Shown here: piece by piece, positions 1 through 9,835 of the stretch | Layout of the letters: every line of letters begins with the position of its first letter | How positions within the stretch are numbered: the first letter of the stretch is position 1 | The notes under the pieces: generated by a model | Database searches by the model: none | The model's input: the letters and a program-made list of their open reading frames with translations, nothing else | Told to the model about the DNA's origin: nothing | Program-made: the position numbers and the translations under genes | From: Verrucomicrobiia bacterium | Lineage (GTDB): Bacteria; Verrucomicrobiota; Verrucomicrobiia; Verrucomicrobiales; Akkermansiaceae | Assembly: GCA_030432565.1 (NCBI GenBank) | Contig: JAUIGV010000002.1 | Coordinates: 222,082-286,081 of the forward strand | Reading direction: 5' to 3' | DNA length: 64,000 nt

Positions 1-1325
1 CTGTCGGAAGGATCGAATACCCCGGTGAGATGTTGGCTTAGCGTGAGCTTGTCACTGATTTCCCAAGTGAATTTCTCTGCCACGATCATTGAGAAGAAAT
101 CGTCGGAGACTCCTCCGACCTCCTCGAAGGTCATGCCGGGGCCCGCTTCCACGCTGAGGGTGACCTCATCGGATTTCAGCAAGTAGTATCCGAGGGCCGC
201 GCCCGGTGTGAGGCGGTAGCCGACATCTGCGATATCATCGCGGAAGTAACCGAGGCTCCCTCCGACGAAGTAACTGTCATTGAAAACCCGGTTGTGCTGG
301 ATGCTGGTGCGGAGCGAGTCCGCGCTGGTTTCGCCACCGTTCTCGGAAAAGCTGTAGGCCAGAGACATGAAGGTTTCGTGTTCCTTTTCGCGGTATGCGC
401 TGTCGACCGTGGCCCCGAGAAAGAGGTTGTCGGAGTTCCCTTTGGCGAGGGAGAAATTCATGGCCGCAGTGGTGGACCAGCCCATTTTGATCTCCCCGGG
501 TTCGTCGTCTTCGGGCTTCAAGGTCATGCGACCCGGATCGGCCCGTTCCTTGAAGCCGCCCAGTGAATAGGACAGGCCGGTGAGAAGAAGGAGGTCTGAT
601 TTGTCACGACCCCCGGCGGGAGTATTGTCGTATTGATACCGGAGCGCAGTGCGAAGCGACCATTCCTTGGTGAGGAGGATTTCAAGGCCGGCTTCAGCGA
701 TAAAAAGGGAGTTATCGAAGTCGGAAGCCTCGGGGGTCAGGATGGCGGATTGCCAGATTTTGAGCTCCTTGTTGAACTTATGCTCAAATTTCTGGGCGAG
801 TCGGAGTGAGAAGTAATGGTCGTCCACTCCGCCTTGGTCTTCCCAGGTGTACCCGGGTCCGGCTTCGAGGGAGAACCTGGTGGTTTCGTTTTTAAAAAAA
901 TTGTAACCGATGGTCATACCGCCATCGAAGCGATAGTCGAGGTCGGCGATTTCGTCCGTGAGAAAAGTTCCGAAGGTTCCGATGAACCATTTGTCACTGA
1001 GGTGGTGGTTGTAGCCGCTGTATATCCGAAGGCTGTTGGTGGTTGCGATGCCGTTGTTTTCGGAGAAGAAAAAATCAGCGCCGATGTGCCCTTCGTTATC
1101 GTCTTTTTTGTAGGTCGCAAGCGCTTGCAGGCCGTAGTTGGTGGCGTCGGCATTTCCTTTGGAAAGTCCGATGCTGGCGGCTCCGGTAACTTCCCAAAGT
1201 GGTTCCTTTGGAGGATCTGTTACGGTCAGTGCATTCAGGAAATCGCCGGTGGAAGAAGGCTCTGATGCCAAAAGCGGGAGGGACACTACGATTGAAAGGA
1301 TCGGTGGTAGAAACGTGGACTTCAT
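1..1325 (-). CDS. DUF481/YdiY-like outer-membrane beta-barrel protein (3' end lies outside the window)
   Basis: My hand translation gives an open minus-strand frame from the ATG at 1325-1323 that runs off the window start, so its stop is not in the window and it is absent from the ORF track. The product starts MKSTFLPPILSIVVSLPLLAS (signal peptide). It then shows duplicated beta-strand blocks (GNADATNYGLQALATYKKD, DYRFDGGMTIGYNF, SLEAGPGYTWEDQGG and again SVEAGPGMTFEEVGG). The family assignment is from memory of the DUF481 pattern. Confidence 0.6.
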   Translation of the reverse strand, partial: MKSTFLPPILSIVVSLPLLASEPSSTGDFLNALTVTDPPKEPLWEVTGAASIGLSKGNADATNYGLQALATYKKDDNEGHIGADFFFSENNGIATTNSLRIYSGYNHHLSDKWFIGTFGTFLTDEIADLDYRFDGGMTIGYNFFKNETTRFSLEAGPGYTWEDQGGVDDHYFSLRLAQKFEHKFNKELKIWQSAILTPEASDFDNSLFIAEAGLEILLTKEWSLRTALRYQYDNTPAGGRDKSDLLLLTGLSYSLGGFKERADPGRMTLKPEDDEPGEIKMGWSTTAAMNFSLAKGNSDNLFLGATVDSAYREKEHETFMSLAYSFSENGGETSADSLRTSIQHNRVFNDSYFVGGSLGYFRDDIADVGYRLTPGAALGYYLLKSDEVTLSVEAGPGMTFEEVGGVSDDFFSMIVAEKFTWEISDKLTLSQHLTGVFDPSD

Positions 1326-1440
1326 CAATGCGAAAGGGTTGCGAGTTGTTCGTGGGCGGACCCTGAATAAGGAAATCTTTCGGATCAATCGCATTTTGTG
1401 ACCTTGTTAAATTGGCGGAGAAAAAGTAGGGAAAGGGAAG

Positions 1441-2010
1441 TTGCTCCGAAAATTTCTTCCGCTTTTCATCACCGCGGTCATCGCTTTGCTGGTGGCGATT
1501 GCGTTTGTGGTGGCCTCACCCTTTTTTCAGGATGATGAGGCGTTTGTTGCAGAAAGGGATTTAGAAGAGGAAGGAAAAGTTGTCCTGAGTTCGGTCGAGG
1601 AGAAGCTGAACGAAATTGTGATTCCGAATGTGCTCTTTGAGGATGTCTCGGTTGAAGAGGCGATTGAGTTTTTGAGGCTGAGGTCAATTGAGTGTGATCA
1701 AAGTGGGGTGGATGATTCTCAGAAGGGAATTGGATTTATCCTGAGAGGCCCGAAAGTGATCTCGGGTGATGATGAATTGGATGAATTTGGGGATGCGGTT
1801 GATCCAAATGCATATTCGATCAAGTTTTTGTCGATGGGTAATGCCCGGTTGATTGCTGTGCTGGATGTGATGTGCTCTGAGGCGAAGCTTAAGTGGGACA
1901 TTGATCCTGATTCGCACAAGATCGTGATAACTCCTTTTGACGAAGATCATGTTGAGAAACCGGAAACGCCGGTAGAGGGCGATCCGCAAGATCCATTTCA
2001 ACAGAAGTAG
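1441..2010 (+). CDS. Hypothetical N-terminally membrane-anchored protein
   Basis: 189-aa ORF with a TTG start. It has a hydrophobic N-terminus (FLPLFITAVIALLVAIAFVVA). A segment LNEIVIPNVLFEDVSVEEAIEFLRLRS resembles STN/secretin-N-like modules common in PVC bacteria. The C-terminus is acidic. Function unknown. Confidence 0.55.
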   Translation: MLRKFLPLFITAVIALLVAIAFVVASPFFQDDEAFVAERDLEEEGKVVLSSVEEKLNEIVIPNVLFEDVSVEEAIEFLRLRSIECDQSGVDDSQKGIGFILRGPKVISGDDELDEFGDAVDPNAYSIKFLSMGNARLIAVLDVMCSEAKLKWDIDPDSHKIVITPFDEDHVEKPETPVEGDPQDPFQQK

Positions 2011-2052
2011 GAGCTGCAGTCTCCCGGGTGCTGATTCCGCAAGGGGGCGGAG

Positions 2053-2080
2053 GTAGTCGAAAGCTCGAGCTTTCGGCTAC
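2053..2080. terminator. Near-perfect 14-bp hairpin between convergent genes (candidate bidirectional terminator)
   Basis: gtagtcgaaagctc / gagctttcggctac pair with one G-T mismatch. The hairpin sits between the stop of the 1441..2010 ORF and the stop of ffh. The U-tract is only weak (ttgggctttgtt). Confidence 0.35.
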
Positions 2081-2090
2081 TTGGGCTTTG

Positions 2091-3545
2091 TTAGCGCTTC
2101 TTTTTGCCGCCGCCTCCCAGGAGGTCTTCGAGGCCGCCCATGTCATTCATGTCGGGCATGCCGCCTTTGCCTCCTCCCATGAGTCCGCCGAGACCACCCA
2201 GGCCTCCGCCTCCTCCGCCACCCAGGCCGCCGAGTTGCTTCATCATGTCCTTCATCTTGCCTTTCGACTTCATCATTTTCTGCATCTGGCCGAACTGTTT
2301 GAGGAGCTGGTTCACTTGCAAAATGGTGGTGCCGGATCCCTTGGCAATTCGCTTGCGATGGGTGGCTTTGATGATGATGGGGCGGGAGCGTTCGCGCTTG
2401 GTCATGGAGAGCACGATGGCTTCCATTTGCTTGATTCGTTTATCGTCGAGCGCGCCGGTGGGAAGTTGTTTTTTGATCTGCCGGAAGCCGGGGAGCATGC
2501 CGAGGATGCCATCGAGCGGGCCGAGGCTCTGGATCATTTTCATCTGCTCGAGGAAGTCGTTGAAGTCGAACTTGCCGGACTGCATCCGCTTGGCGGCGGA
2601 CATCGCCTTCTTCTCGTCGATTTTCTCCGAGACTTGCTCGACCATGGAGACAACGTCACCCATGCCGAGGATGCGGTCGGCCATGCGGTTGGGGTGGAAT
2701 TCGGCGAGGTTTTCCATTTTCTCGCCTTCGCCAATATACTTGATGGGCTTGCCGGTGACGGCACGCATGGAGAGGGCGGCACCGCCGCGGGCATCACCAT
2801 CGAGCTTGGTGAGGATGAGGCCGGTGATGCCAATCTCGCGATCGAAGGTTTGGGCGACGGAGACCGCTTGCTGACCGGTGGCGGAATCGGCGACGAGAAG
2901 GGTCTCGCCGGGGGAGAGAAACTTGTGGAGAGCCTTGAGCTCGTCGAGGAGATTGGTGTCGAGCTCCTGTCGGCCTGCGGTGTCGAAAATGACGACAGTG
3001 CCATCTTGTTCCTTGGTCCATTTGACGGCGCGCTTGGCGGTCTTGACGAGATCGGTTTCGCCCGGCTCGGGAGTGAAGACGGGGACATCGACTTGCTCGG
3101 CGAGCTTGGCGAGTTGGTCGATGGCGGCGGGGCGATAGAGATCGAGCGCGACGAGAAGTGGGCGGCGTCCTTCTTTCTTCAGCCGGAGGGCGAGCTTGGC
3201 GGCGGTGGTGGTTTTACCGGCACCGTTGAGGCCGCAAAGGAGGACGTATCCGGGAGGGTTGAGATTGATGGGACTTTGGTCTCCGCCAAGGAGCTCGGTG
3301 AGTTCGTCCTGGAAGATTTTGACGATTTGCTCGCCGGGTTTGATGGACTTCAGGACCTCGGCGCCCTGGGCTTTTTCTTTGACGCTGGCGATGAAGTCCT
3401 TGACGACGCCGAGTTCGACATCGGCCTCGAGAAGGGCGAGACGGACATCGCGGAGGGAGTCGGCAATGTTCTTTTCGGAGATTTTTCCGACACCCCGGAG
3501 GTTCCGGAAGGTTTTGTCGAGGCTGTCAGCGAGATTTGAAAACAT
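2091..3545 (-). CDS. ffh: Signal recognition particle protein Ffh
   Basis: 484 aa. The N domain starts MFSNLADSLDKTFRNLRG. The G domain carries GLNGAGKTTTAAKLA, DTAGR and TKLDGDARGGAALS. The M domain is Met-rich and ends in a Gly-rich tail (GGLGGGGGGGLGGLGGLMGGGKGG). Confidence 0.97.
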   Translation of the reverse strand: MFSNLADSLDKTFRNLRGVGKISEKNIADSLRDVRLALLEADVELGVVKDFIASVKEKAQGAEVLKSIKPGEQIVKIFQDELTELLGGDQSPINLNPPGYVLLCGLNGAGKTTTAAKLALRLKKEGRRPLLVALDLYRPAAIDQLAKLAEQVDVPVFTPEPGETDLVKTAKRAVKWTKEQDGTVVIFDTAGRQELDTNLLDELKALHKFLSPGETLLVADSATGQQAVSVAQTFDREIGITGLILTKLDGDARGGAALSMRAVTGKPIKYIGEGEKMENLAEFHPNRMADRILGMGDVVSMVEQVSEKIDEKKAMSAAKRMQSGKFDFNDFLEQMKMIQSLGPLDGILGMLPGFRQIKKQLPTGALDDKRIKQMEAIVLSMTKRERSRPIIIKATHRKRIAKGSGTTILQVNQLLKQFGQMQKMMKSKGKMKDMMKQLGGLGGGGGGGLGGLGGLMGGGKGGMPDMNDMGGLEDLLGGGGKKKR

Positions 3546-3670
3546 GGGGGGACCATAGTCGGCGGGACGGGGACTGCAATACTAAGGCGAAGGGAATCAA
3601 GAGTCGGGAGTCGGGGTGGAATGATGAGGGAACTTGTGGAATTTTCGGGGATAGGTAGGGTTTCGGAGCT

Positions 3671-4039
3671 ATGAAGATATTTGCCATGCTTGCTTTGATG
3701 GTCAGCCCGCTTGCGGCTGAGGTTTATGAATTGCGGACCTACTACGCGCACGAAGGGAAGATGGAGGGGCTCTTGGCTCGCTTCCGTGATCACACCACCG
3801 CGATTTTTGAGAGTCACGGAATGAAGAATATCGGGTATTGGCTGACTGAAGGAGATGATCCGAAGTTGGTGTATCTCATCAGTCACAAGGATCGCGAGAC
3901 GGCGAAGAAGAATTGGAAGGCATTTTCGGCGGACCCAAAGTGGAAGGCTGCGAAGACGGCCTCGGTTGCAAAGGGCAAGTTGGTTAAAAAGGTGGAATCG
4001 CAGTTCCTCACGCCCACGGATTTTTCGAAACTGAAATGA
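3671..4039 (+). CDS. NIPSNAP-family protein with signal peptide
   Basis: 122 aa. MKIFAMLALMVSPLAA is followed by EVYELRTYYAHEGKMEGLLARFRDHTTAIFESHGM, which fits the NIPSNAP dimeric alpha-beta-barrel pattern. Confidence 0.75.
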   Translation: MKIFAMLALMVSPLAAEVYELRTYYAHEGKMEGLLARFRDHTTAIFESHGMKNIGYWLTEGDDPKLVYLISHKDRETAKKNWKAFSADPKWKAAKTASVAKGKLVKKVESQFLTPTDFSKLK

Positions 4040-4100
4040 GAATCGGTGGCTGATTTTGTAGTGGCGAACTCCTGCGGAACCCCTGAAAGTGTAACCCGAT

Positions 4101-4727
4101 ATGTTTCAAATTTCTTCTACCCTCGCATCATTGTCCGGATGGCTGGTGCCTTTGCTTGTCGTTGGCTCCCTCGTCGCGCTGGTGCTTTTCTTTACGGTGG
4201 GTCAATACAATGGCCTGGTGAAGTTGCGAAATCGCTTTCGCAATGCTTTTGCCCAGATCGATGTGCAGTTGAAACGGCGGCACGATTTAATCCCGAACCT
4301 GATTGAGACGGCCAGAAAGTATATGGCACATGAGAAAGAGACGCTCGAAGCGGTGATCCAGGCACGCAATGCCGCGGAGTCGGCCCGGTCCGGACTTTCT
4401 CCGGATAATTCCGGTGGCATGGAAAAGCTGATGAAGGCCGAAGGCGGGTTGACCTCGGTGATGGGGCGGCTCTTCGCGCTTTCCGAGGCATACCCGGATC
4501 TGCGTTCGAATGAAAATATGAAGCAGCTGAGCGAGGAGCTGACGAGCACCGAGAACAAGGTTGCTTTTGCGAGGCAGGGATACAACGACGCGGTGATGCA
4601 CTATAATAACAAGCGGGAGGTATTCCCGAGCAGCGTTATTGCCGGGATGTTCAATTTTGGCCCGGCGGTGATGTTTGAAGTGGCTGACGAATCCGAGCGT
4701 GAATCGGTGAAGGTGGACTTTGATTAA
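4101..4727 (+). CDS. LemA family membrane protein
   Basis: 208 aa. An N-terminal TM segment is followed by YNGLVKLRNRFRNAFAQIDVQLKRRHDLIPNLIETARKYMAHEKETLEAV, which is the canonical LemA core. Confidence 0.9.
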   Translation: MFQISSTLASLSGWLVPLLVVGSLVALVLFFTVGQYNGLVKLRNRFRNAFAQIDVQLKRRHDLIPNLIETARKYMAHEKETLEAVIQARNAAESARSGLSPDNSGGMEKLMKAEGGLTSVMGRLFALSEAYPDLRSNENMKQLSEELTSTENKVAFARQGYNDAVMHYNNKREVFPSSVIAGMFNFGPAVMFEVADESERESVKVDFD

Positions 4728-6613
4728 TGGATTTTTTTGAGGCACAGGATCAGGCCCGAAAGAAGACCAAATGGCTTGTCCTTTGGTTCTTCCTGGCGGT
4801 GATCGGGGTTGTTGTCTCGGTCGATCTCCTCGTGATTGCGCTTGCAGGAGGCGGTGATCCGGTGCCGTTGGTTGTCCTGGCCTCGGTGGTGACGGGGGGG
4901 ATTATTCTGGCAGCGAGCGGATTTAAATCGATGCAGCTGAGCGCCGGTGGTTCGGTGGTGGCGGAGGATCTGGGCGGCCGCCTCGTGATGCCGGGGTCGA
5001 CTGATTTTGAAGAGAGACGACTTTTGAATATCGTTTCGGAGATGGCTTTGGCGTCGGGAATGCCGGTGCCGCAGGTTTATCTGATGGATCACGAGGAGGG
5101 GATCAACGCCTTTGCGGCGGGGACGGAGCCTTCGAATGCGGTAATCGGGGTGACCCGCGGTTGCTTGCAGCGGCTATCGCGCGCGGAGTTATCGGGTGTC
5201 ATTGCTCATGAATTCAGCCATATTTTGAATGGTGACATGCGGCTGAACATGAGGTTGATGGGATTGGTTTTTGGCCTGGTGGTGTTATCAATGATCGGGA
5301 GGGGGATGGTGGAGCTCTTGCGTTTTCAAAGTATTTCTTCGCGGAGAAATAACAAAGAGGGCGGAAATATCATGCTGGTGCTTTTTGTGCTGGGACTTGG
5401 TTTGCTGGTGATTGGAGCGCTGGGCAGTTTTTTTGGTCGTTTGATTCAAGCGGCGGTTTCGCGCCAGCGGGAGTTTTTGGCGGATGCCTCGTCGGTGCAG
5501 TTCACGAGGAATCCGGATGGGATTGTGGGGGCTCTGAAGAAGATCGGAGGTTCGGAGATGGGATCGAAAATGAAATCTCCGAAGGCGATTGAGGCGAGCC
5601 ACATGTTTTTCTCAAATGGCGGGATGTTTAGTTTCGGTCTCGCGACCCACCCTCCCTTGGACGTTCGGATTCGTGCGGTGCAGGAAAGTTGGGATGGTGA
5701 ATTTGTGCGGTCGGAGATCAAGCCGGTGGCGTCTGATCGAAAAACGAAGAACGAGGAGAGGAAAGGGCCGCTGGACGGGTTGCCGGGGGCGGTGGTCCTG
5801 GGGGCGGCGAGTGGGATTGGCCAGGAGGAACATCGGCGTATTTCGACGGGGCAGGAATTGTATCGCGGACTTTCGCAGCAGTGGCGGGAGGCGATCGAGG
5901 ATCGAGAGGTGGCACAAGCGGTGATTTTTGGGCTGCTTCTGGCTGAGGATGATCAGCTGTTGCTTGGCGAAGTTTCCTTTTTGGAGAAGGCGGCGGGCGT
6001 TGAGGCCAAGGAGTTGGCATTGCATTGGCAGGCCGAGGTTCGGGGCATGCATTCGGCGCGGAAGATTGCGCTTGTGGAGTTGACACTGCCGACTTTGCGG
6101 GGTTTGGGACCGCTGGAGTATGAAAGGTTCCGCGATATCACCCGCTGGTTGATTGCGAGTGACGGGCATGTGGATCTCTTTGAATTTATGATTCAGCGGG
6201 TGATCGAGCGGCACCTTGGCAGTCATTTTGACCGGCAGGCCTTCCGGAAAATTCGCTACCACAATTTTGATCGACTGCTGCCTGAGGCTAACATTCTGGT
6301 TTCGACCGTATCGGAAATCGGAGCTGGAAGTGCGGAAGATGCTGAAGCCGCTTATCTGGCAGCGGCGAGTGACTGGAAAGCGCGCTTTGCTCGCAAAGGA
6401 GTGTCTTCGCACGCTGAACTGGATGAGGTTTTGGAAAAATTTGACCAGGCTTCCCCGCTGGTGAAGAGGAGGATTTTGGTGTCTTGTGTCACGGCGGCAG
6501 CGCGGGACGGGACGCTTTCGAGCCGTGAGGCGGAGTTGTTGCGCACGATTGCCGATTCCATCGGATGTCCGTTGCCCCCGTTTCCGGGTGAGCTTGTGGA
6601 AGGCGAGATTTAG
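4727..6613 (+). CDS. M48 (HtpX-like) zinc metallopeptidase with a long C-terminal TerB-like extension
   Basis: 628 aa. The start overlaps the LemA stop. There are two N-terminal TM segments, an HEFSH zinc motif (IAHEFSHILNGD), further TM segments, and REFLADASSVQFTRNP. The roughly 300-aa helical C-terminal region ends in RRILVSCVTAAARDGTLSSREAELLRTIADSIGCP, which looks TerB/DjlA-N-like. Confidence 0.85.
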   Translation: MDFFEAQDQARKKTKWLVLWFFLAVIGVVVSVDLLVIALAGGGDPVPLVVLASVVTGGIILAASGFKSMQLSAGGSVVAEDLGGRLVMPGSTDFEERRLLNIVSEMALASGMPVPQVYLMDHEEGINAFAAGTEPSNAVIGVTRGCLQRLSRAELSGVIAHEFSHILNGDMRLNMRLMGLVFGLVVLSMIGRGMVELLRFQSISSRRNNKEGGNIMLVLFVLGLGLLVIGALGSFFGRLIQAAVSRQREFLADASSVQFTRNPDGIVGALKKIGGSEMGSKMKSPKAIEASHMFFSNGGMFSFGLATHPPLDVRIRAVQESWDGEFVRSEIKPVASDRKTKNEERKGPLDGLPGAVVLGAASGIGQEEHRRISTGQELYRGLSQQWREAIEDREVAQAVIFGLLLAEDDQLLLGEVSFLEKAAGVEAKELALHWQAEVRGMHSARKIALVELTLPTLRGLGPLEYERFRDITRWLIASDGHVDLFEFMIQRVIERHLGSHFDRQAFRKIRYHNFDRLLPEANILVSTVSEIGAGSAEDAEAAYLAAASDWKARFARKGVSSHAELDEVLEKFDQASPLVKRRILVSCVTAAARDGTLSSREAELLRTIADSIGCPLPPFPGELVEGEI

Positions 6614-6664
6614 CGCGGCCTAGACTTGCATTTCGAGAAGGCGCGGTTGAGGTTCCCGCAGAGA

Positions 6665-7561
6665 ATGGAGAAGGAACGTGCGCCCTGGTGGCTATGGCCG
6701 AACTTGCTGAGCCTTGATGCTCCGCTGGTTGCATTGGCCTGGGCGTGGATGTTTTCCAAGGCATGGGGGGTGGTGAGTGTGCCCTGGCAACTTTGGGCCA
6801 CCCTCGGGTTCTCAGTTTGGATCGTCTATGCGCTCGATCGAATCGTTGATGCGCGCCGTAAAGGGGACATCATGCTTCTGGATACGAGGCATCATTTTCA
6901 TCAGCGATATGCCAAGTTTTTCTTCGGAGTGATTGTGGTGGCGGCCCTGTGGTGCCTTCACTCGGTGCTTTTTAATCTCGCCCAGACGGTGCTGCAATAT
7001 GGTCTTTTCGTGATGCTCTGTGCCGTCGTTTACTTCGTGATCGCGGTGAATCAGCCCAAGTCGGAACAATCCGGCCTGGGTAAGAATCTCGTTGCCGGAC
7101 TGACATTTTCGTATGGAGCTTCGGCGGGCATTCACGCCTACTCGCCGGTTTTGCCTTTCGGGGACATGGTGTTTTCTTCCGAGGTGCTCCTCTTTGCGGC
7201 GCTTTGTGTGATCAATATGACCGCGATTGATTTTTGGCGACTGAAGGGAGAGGACGATGACGATGCGGCAGCGGTTCTGAATCTGGGAACTCTCCTCGTG
7301 GCGGGTGTGGCGATGTATATCTACATGAGCACCTTGGAGCGCGAGGCCTTCTTTTTTAACGAGGATTACTACCACGAGCAGTCCTTTTACAAGCCTTTCG
7401 CGGTGGGGTTGCTGGTGGGGTCGGCCGGGTTCTTTTTGTTGAACCAGGCACGTCGCAAGTTCGAGGCCGACGCCTATCGGGTTTTGGTTGACGTCGCGGT
7501 GGCGGCTCCGGTGTTCGTGTTTTGGGTCCTGGTGGCGCTGGATGGAGACCCACGGACCTGA
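6665..7561 (+). CDS. Polytopic integral membrane protein of unknown function (possibly a distant UbiA-like fold)
   Basis: The ORF track gives 6626 (TTG) as the start; I prefer the in-frame ATG at 6665. The product has about 8 hydrophobic spans, a motif YALDRIVDARRKGD after TM2, and an acidic loop LKGEDDDDAA. The family assignment is weak. Confidence 0.55.
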   Translation: MEKERAPWWLWPNLLSLDAPLVALAWAWMFSKAWGVVSVPWQLWATLGFSVWIVYALDRIVDARRKGDIMLLDTRHHFHQRYAKFFFGVIVVAALWCLHSVLFNLAQTVLQYGLFVMLCAVVYFVIAVNQPKSEQSGLGKNLVAGLTFSYGASAGIHAYSPVLPFGDMVFSSEVLLFAALCVINMTAIDFWRLKGEDDDDAAAVLNLGTLLVAGVAMYIYMSTLEREAFFFNEDYYHEQSFYKPFAVGLLVGSAGFFLLNQARRKFEADAYRVLVDVAVAAPVFVFWVLVALDGDPRT

Positions 7562-7610
7562 TTTGTGGTTGAGCGTTCCGGAAACCTGACGCACACTCCG
7601 CTCTCTAGCA

Positions 7611-8246
7611 ATGAGCGAACTCGTCGAATCATCTAAAAAACCTGCAATTCTGATCCTTGGTGCGCCGGGAGCCGGAAAGGGGACCCAAGGGGCTATTTTG
7701 GCTAAAATCCCACGTTTTTACCACTATTCCAGCGGAGACGTTTTTCGTCAGTTGGATACGCGAACCGAGCTGGGGCGCAAGTTTGTGGAGTATTCCAAGC
7801 GAGGGGAACTGGTGCCGGATGAACTGACAATTCAGCTCTGGGCAAGTCACATGAAGGATCTCATCACCAGCCACCGCTATAAGCCGGACATCGATATTCT
7901 TTTGCTCGATGGGATTCCAAGGAATCAGGATCAGGCGAGAATGCTGGAAGATCACGTCGAGATTCACGCGGTTTTTCATCTGAGCTGTCCAAACCGCGAT
8001 GAGCTGGCCCGTCGACTCCGCAAGCGGGCACTGAAGGAGCAGCGACTCGACGATGCTTCCGAGGTCGTGATCCAACACCGGATCAAAACCTATGAGGACG
8101 AGACCAAGCCGATTCTTGACTATTATGGTGAGGATCTGCGGTGTGACATTGATGCCACGCAGTCTCCGGCGAAGGTTCTCTACGATATTCTCGCGAAGCT
8201 GCAGACGCTGGAGGCCTACCAGCAAATTGCCAACCAAACGATTTAG
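7611..8246 (+). CDS. adk: Adenylate kinase
   Basis: 211 aa. P-loop ILILGAPGAGKGTQG, followed by SSGDVFR and LLDGIPRNQDQA. Confidence 0.92.
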   Translation: MSELVESSKKPAILILGAPGAGKGTQGAILAKIPRFYHYSSGDVFRQLDTRTELGRKFVEYSKRGELVPDELTIQLWASHMKDLITSHRYKPDIDILLLDGIPRNQDQARMLEDHVEIHAVFHLSCPNRDELARRLRKRALKEQRLDDASEVVIQHRIKTYEDETKPILDYYGEDLRCDIDATQSPAKVLYDILAKLQTLEAYQQIANQTI

Positions 8247-8248
8247 CA

Positions 8249-9175
8249 ATGCGCCTCGTCTTTATGGTTACGGGGGAGATCTCCGAACCCACTTTTGCCG
8301 ATGCGCTTGCCAGCGGGCACGAGGTGGTGGGGCTGGTCACCCAACCGGATCGGCCGGTCGGGCGAAAGCAGATTATGACAGCCCCGAGGGTGAAGCAATT
8401 GGCTCTGGATGCGGGAATCCCGGTGATTCAGCCGGAATCTGTTCGCAGGGTGGAGGCGCTCGAGCAGATTAAGGCGTGGGCGCCCGATGTCATTGTGGTC
8501 ATGGCTTATGGGCAGATTCTTCCGCAGTCTCTGATTGATATCCCGGCGCGGGCGATCATCAATTTACACGCATCATTGCTTCCGAAATACCGGGGGGCTT
8601 CCTGCATTCAAGCGGCTTTAAAAAACGGCGATGCCGAGACGGGGTGGAGTGTTATTCATGTGGTGAAAAAACTCGATGCCGGTCGTGTCATTCTCCAGCA
8701 GCCTTTCCCGATTTTGGAGGGAGAGACCGGGGGGGAACTTCATGATCGTCTCGCGGAAGCCGGGCCTGCGGCATGTCGCGCCGCCCTGGAATTGCTCAAA
8801 CAAGGGCCCGTGAAGGGCGTCGCGCAGGATGAGTCGTTGCAAACCTATGCTCCCAAATTGGGTCGGAAGGATGGCTTTTTGGATTGGTCGAAGGCGGCGA
8901 CGGAGCTGGAGTGTCTCGTACGAGCCTACCACCCCTGGCCGGGAACTTCGGCCGGACTGGGCTCAAAGCGATTGAAGGTTTTTCCTCCGGTGGGTGTTGG
9001 CCGGGGACAAGGCAAGCCGGGAGAGTTGCTTGAAGTGGGGGAAGGGACGCTTGAAATTGCCTGTGGTTCCGGAAGTCTCATTCTGGGTGAGGTTCAGCTG
9101 GAAGGGAGCCGCCGAATGAGCGGTGGCGAGCTGGCACGGGGGCATTTGGAGGCTTTGAGGAGTGGATTGAAATAG
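8249..9175 (+). CDS. fmt: Methionyl-tRNA formyltransferase
   Basis: 308 aa. VTQPDRPVGRKQ, NLHASLLPKYRGASCIQAAL, and a C-terminal Fmt domain. Confidence 0.92.
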   Translation: MRLVFMVTGEISEPTFADALASGHEVVGLVTQPDRPVGRKQIMTAPRVKQLALDAGIPVIQPESVRRVEALEQIKAWAPDVIVVMAYGQILPQSLIDIPARAIINLHASLLPKYRGASCIQAALKNGDAETGWSVIHVVKKLDAGRVILQQPFPILEGETGGELHDRLAEAGPAACRAALELLKQGPVKGVAQDESLQTYAPKLGRKDGFLDWSKAATELECLVRAYHPWPGTSAGLGSKRLKVFPPVGVGRGQGKPGELLEVGEGTLEIACGSGSLILGEVQLEGSRRMSGGELARGHLEALRSGLK

Positions 9176-9212
9176 TTCGCTTTTTTAGTCAGGTCATGTT
9201 AGAATTTCGCTC

Positions 9213-9746
9213 ATGCGAAAGATTTTGACCCTTCTTCTGATGTCGGTGAGCTTGTCCTATGCGACAACTCTCGAGGTTTTGCGGGTTTTCCAGCCACTCT
9301 CTCTTCACGGAACCGATGTCGATCACGAGTTTCAAGGTGAGGTGGTTCAGGCCCGGATTTTTTCGAGGCCGATGGTCCTGAGTGGAGCTATGCCGGAAAA
9401 TTTGGTGTCGGCGATTGCGACTCCCCACCGGATGCCCGCCATTTTTAATTATGAGGTGAAGGAGTGTAATTTGCTGACCTTGTTTCAGGTTGAAGTTTTC
9501 GGGGAGATGGATGACTCCGGCGAGCTAAAAGTCGTGTTTAACCTGGCAAAGATGAAGGCACCCGAGGGGGTCGATTTGCCCATCAGAACGGTTTTGAAGC
9601 TTTCGATTCAAGCTCTTAAAAAGACTCTCGAAGATTACCAACAACCGGAGAACCAGCCCTTGAAGGTGAAGCTTGTCATTGAAGGGACCACCGAAAAAAA
9701 CAGTTCGCTTCGCGATTTGGGCGGGGGATTTGTGGTTGCGGGATAG
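9213..9746 (+). CDS. Hypothetical secreted protein
   Basis: 177 aa with signal peptide MRKILTLLLMSVSLSYA. I recognise no motif. Confidence 0.5.
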   Translation: MRKILTLLLMSVSLSYATTLEVLRVFQPLSLHGTDVDHEFQGEVVQARIFSRPMVLSGAMPENLVSAIATPHRMPAIFNYEVKECNLLTLFQVEVFGEMDDSGELKVVFNLAKMKAPEGVDLPIRTVLKLSIQALKKTLEDYQQPENQPLKVKLVIEGTTEKNSSLRDLGGGFVVAG

Positions 9747-9835
9747 GAGCGGCGTTTTAAATGGGCGGAAATTGACTCAACACTCCTTTTCCGCTTTCCG
9801 GCCAAGTCTTGTCCTGCCAAGATCCCGCGCAGCAG

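Noticed and set aside
2028-3539. A 503-aa plus-strand ORF, with further nested ORFs, covering the whole ffh locus.
   Set aside because: It is exactly antisense to a textbook Ffh gene. Its product is low-complexity (Gly/Ala/Glu/Leu-rich), which is typical of shadow ORFs in GC-rich DNA. The same reasoning applies to 12533..13345 (antisense degP), 30132..31010 and 31212..31967 (antisense topB), 33171..34031 (antisense dprA), 35805..36848, 42799..43632, 47072..48043, 49306..50214, 61585..62355 and 62374..63138.
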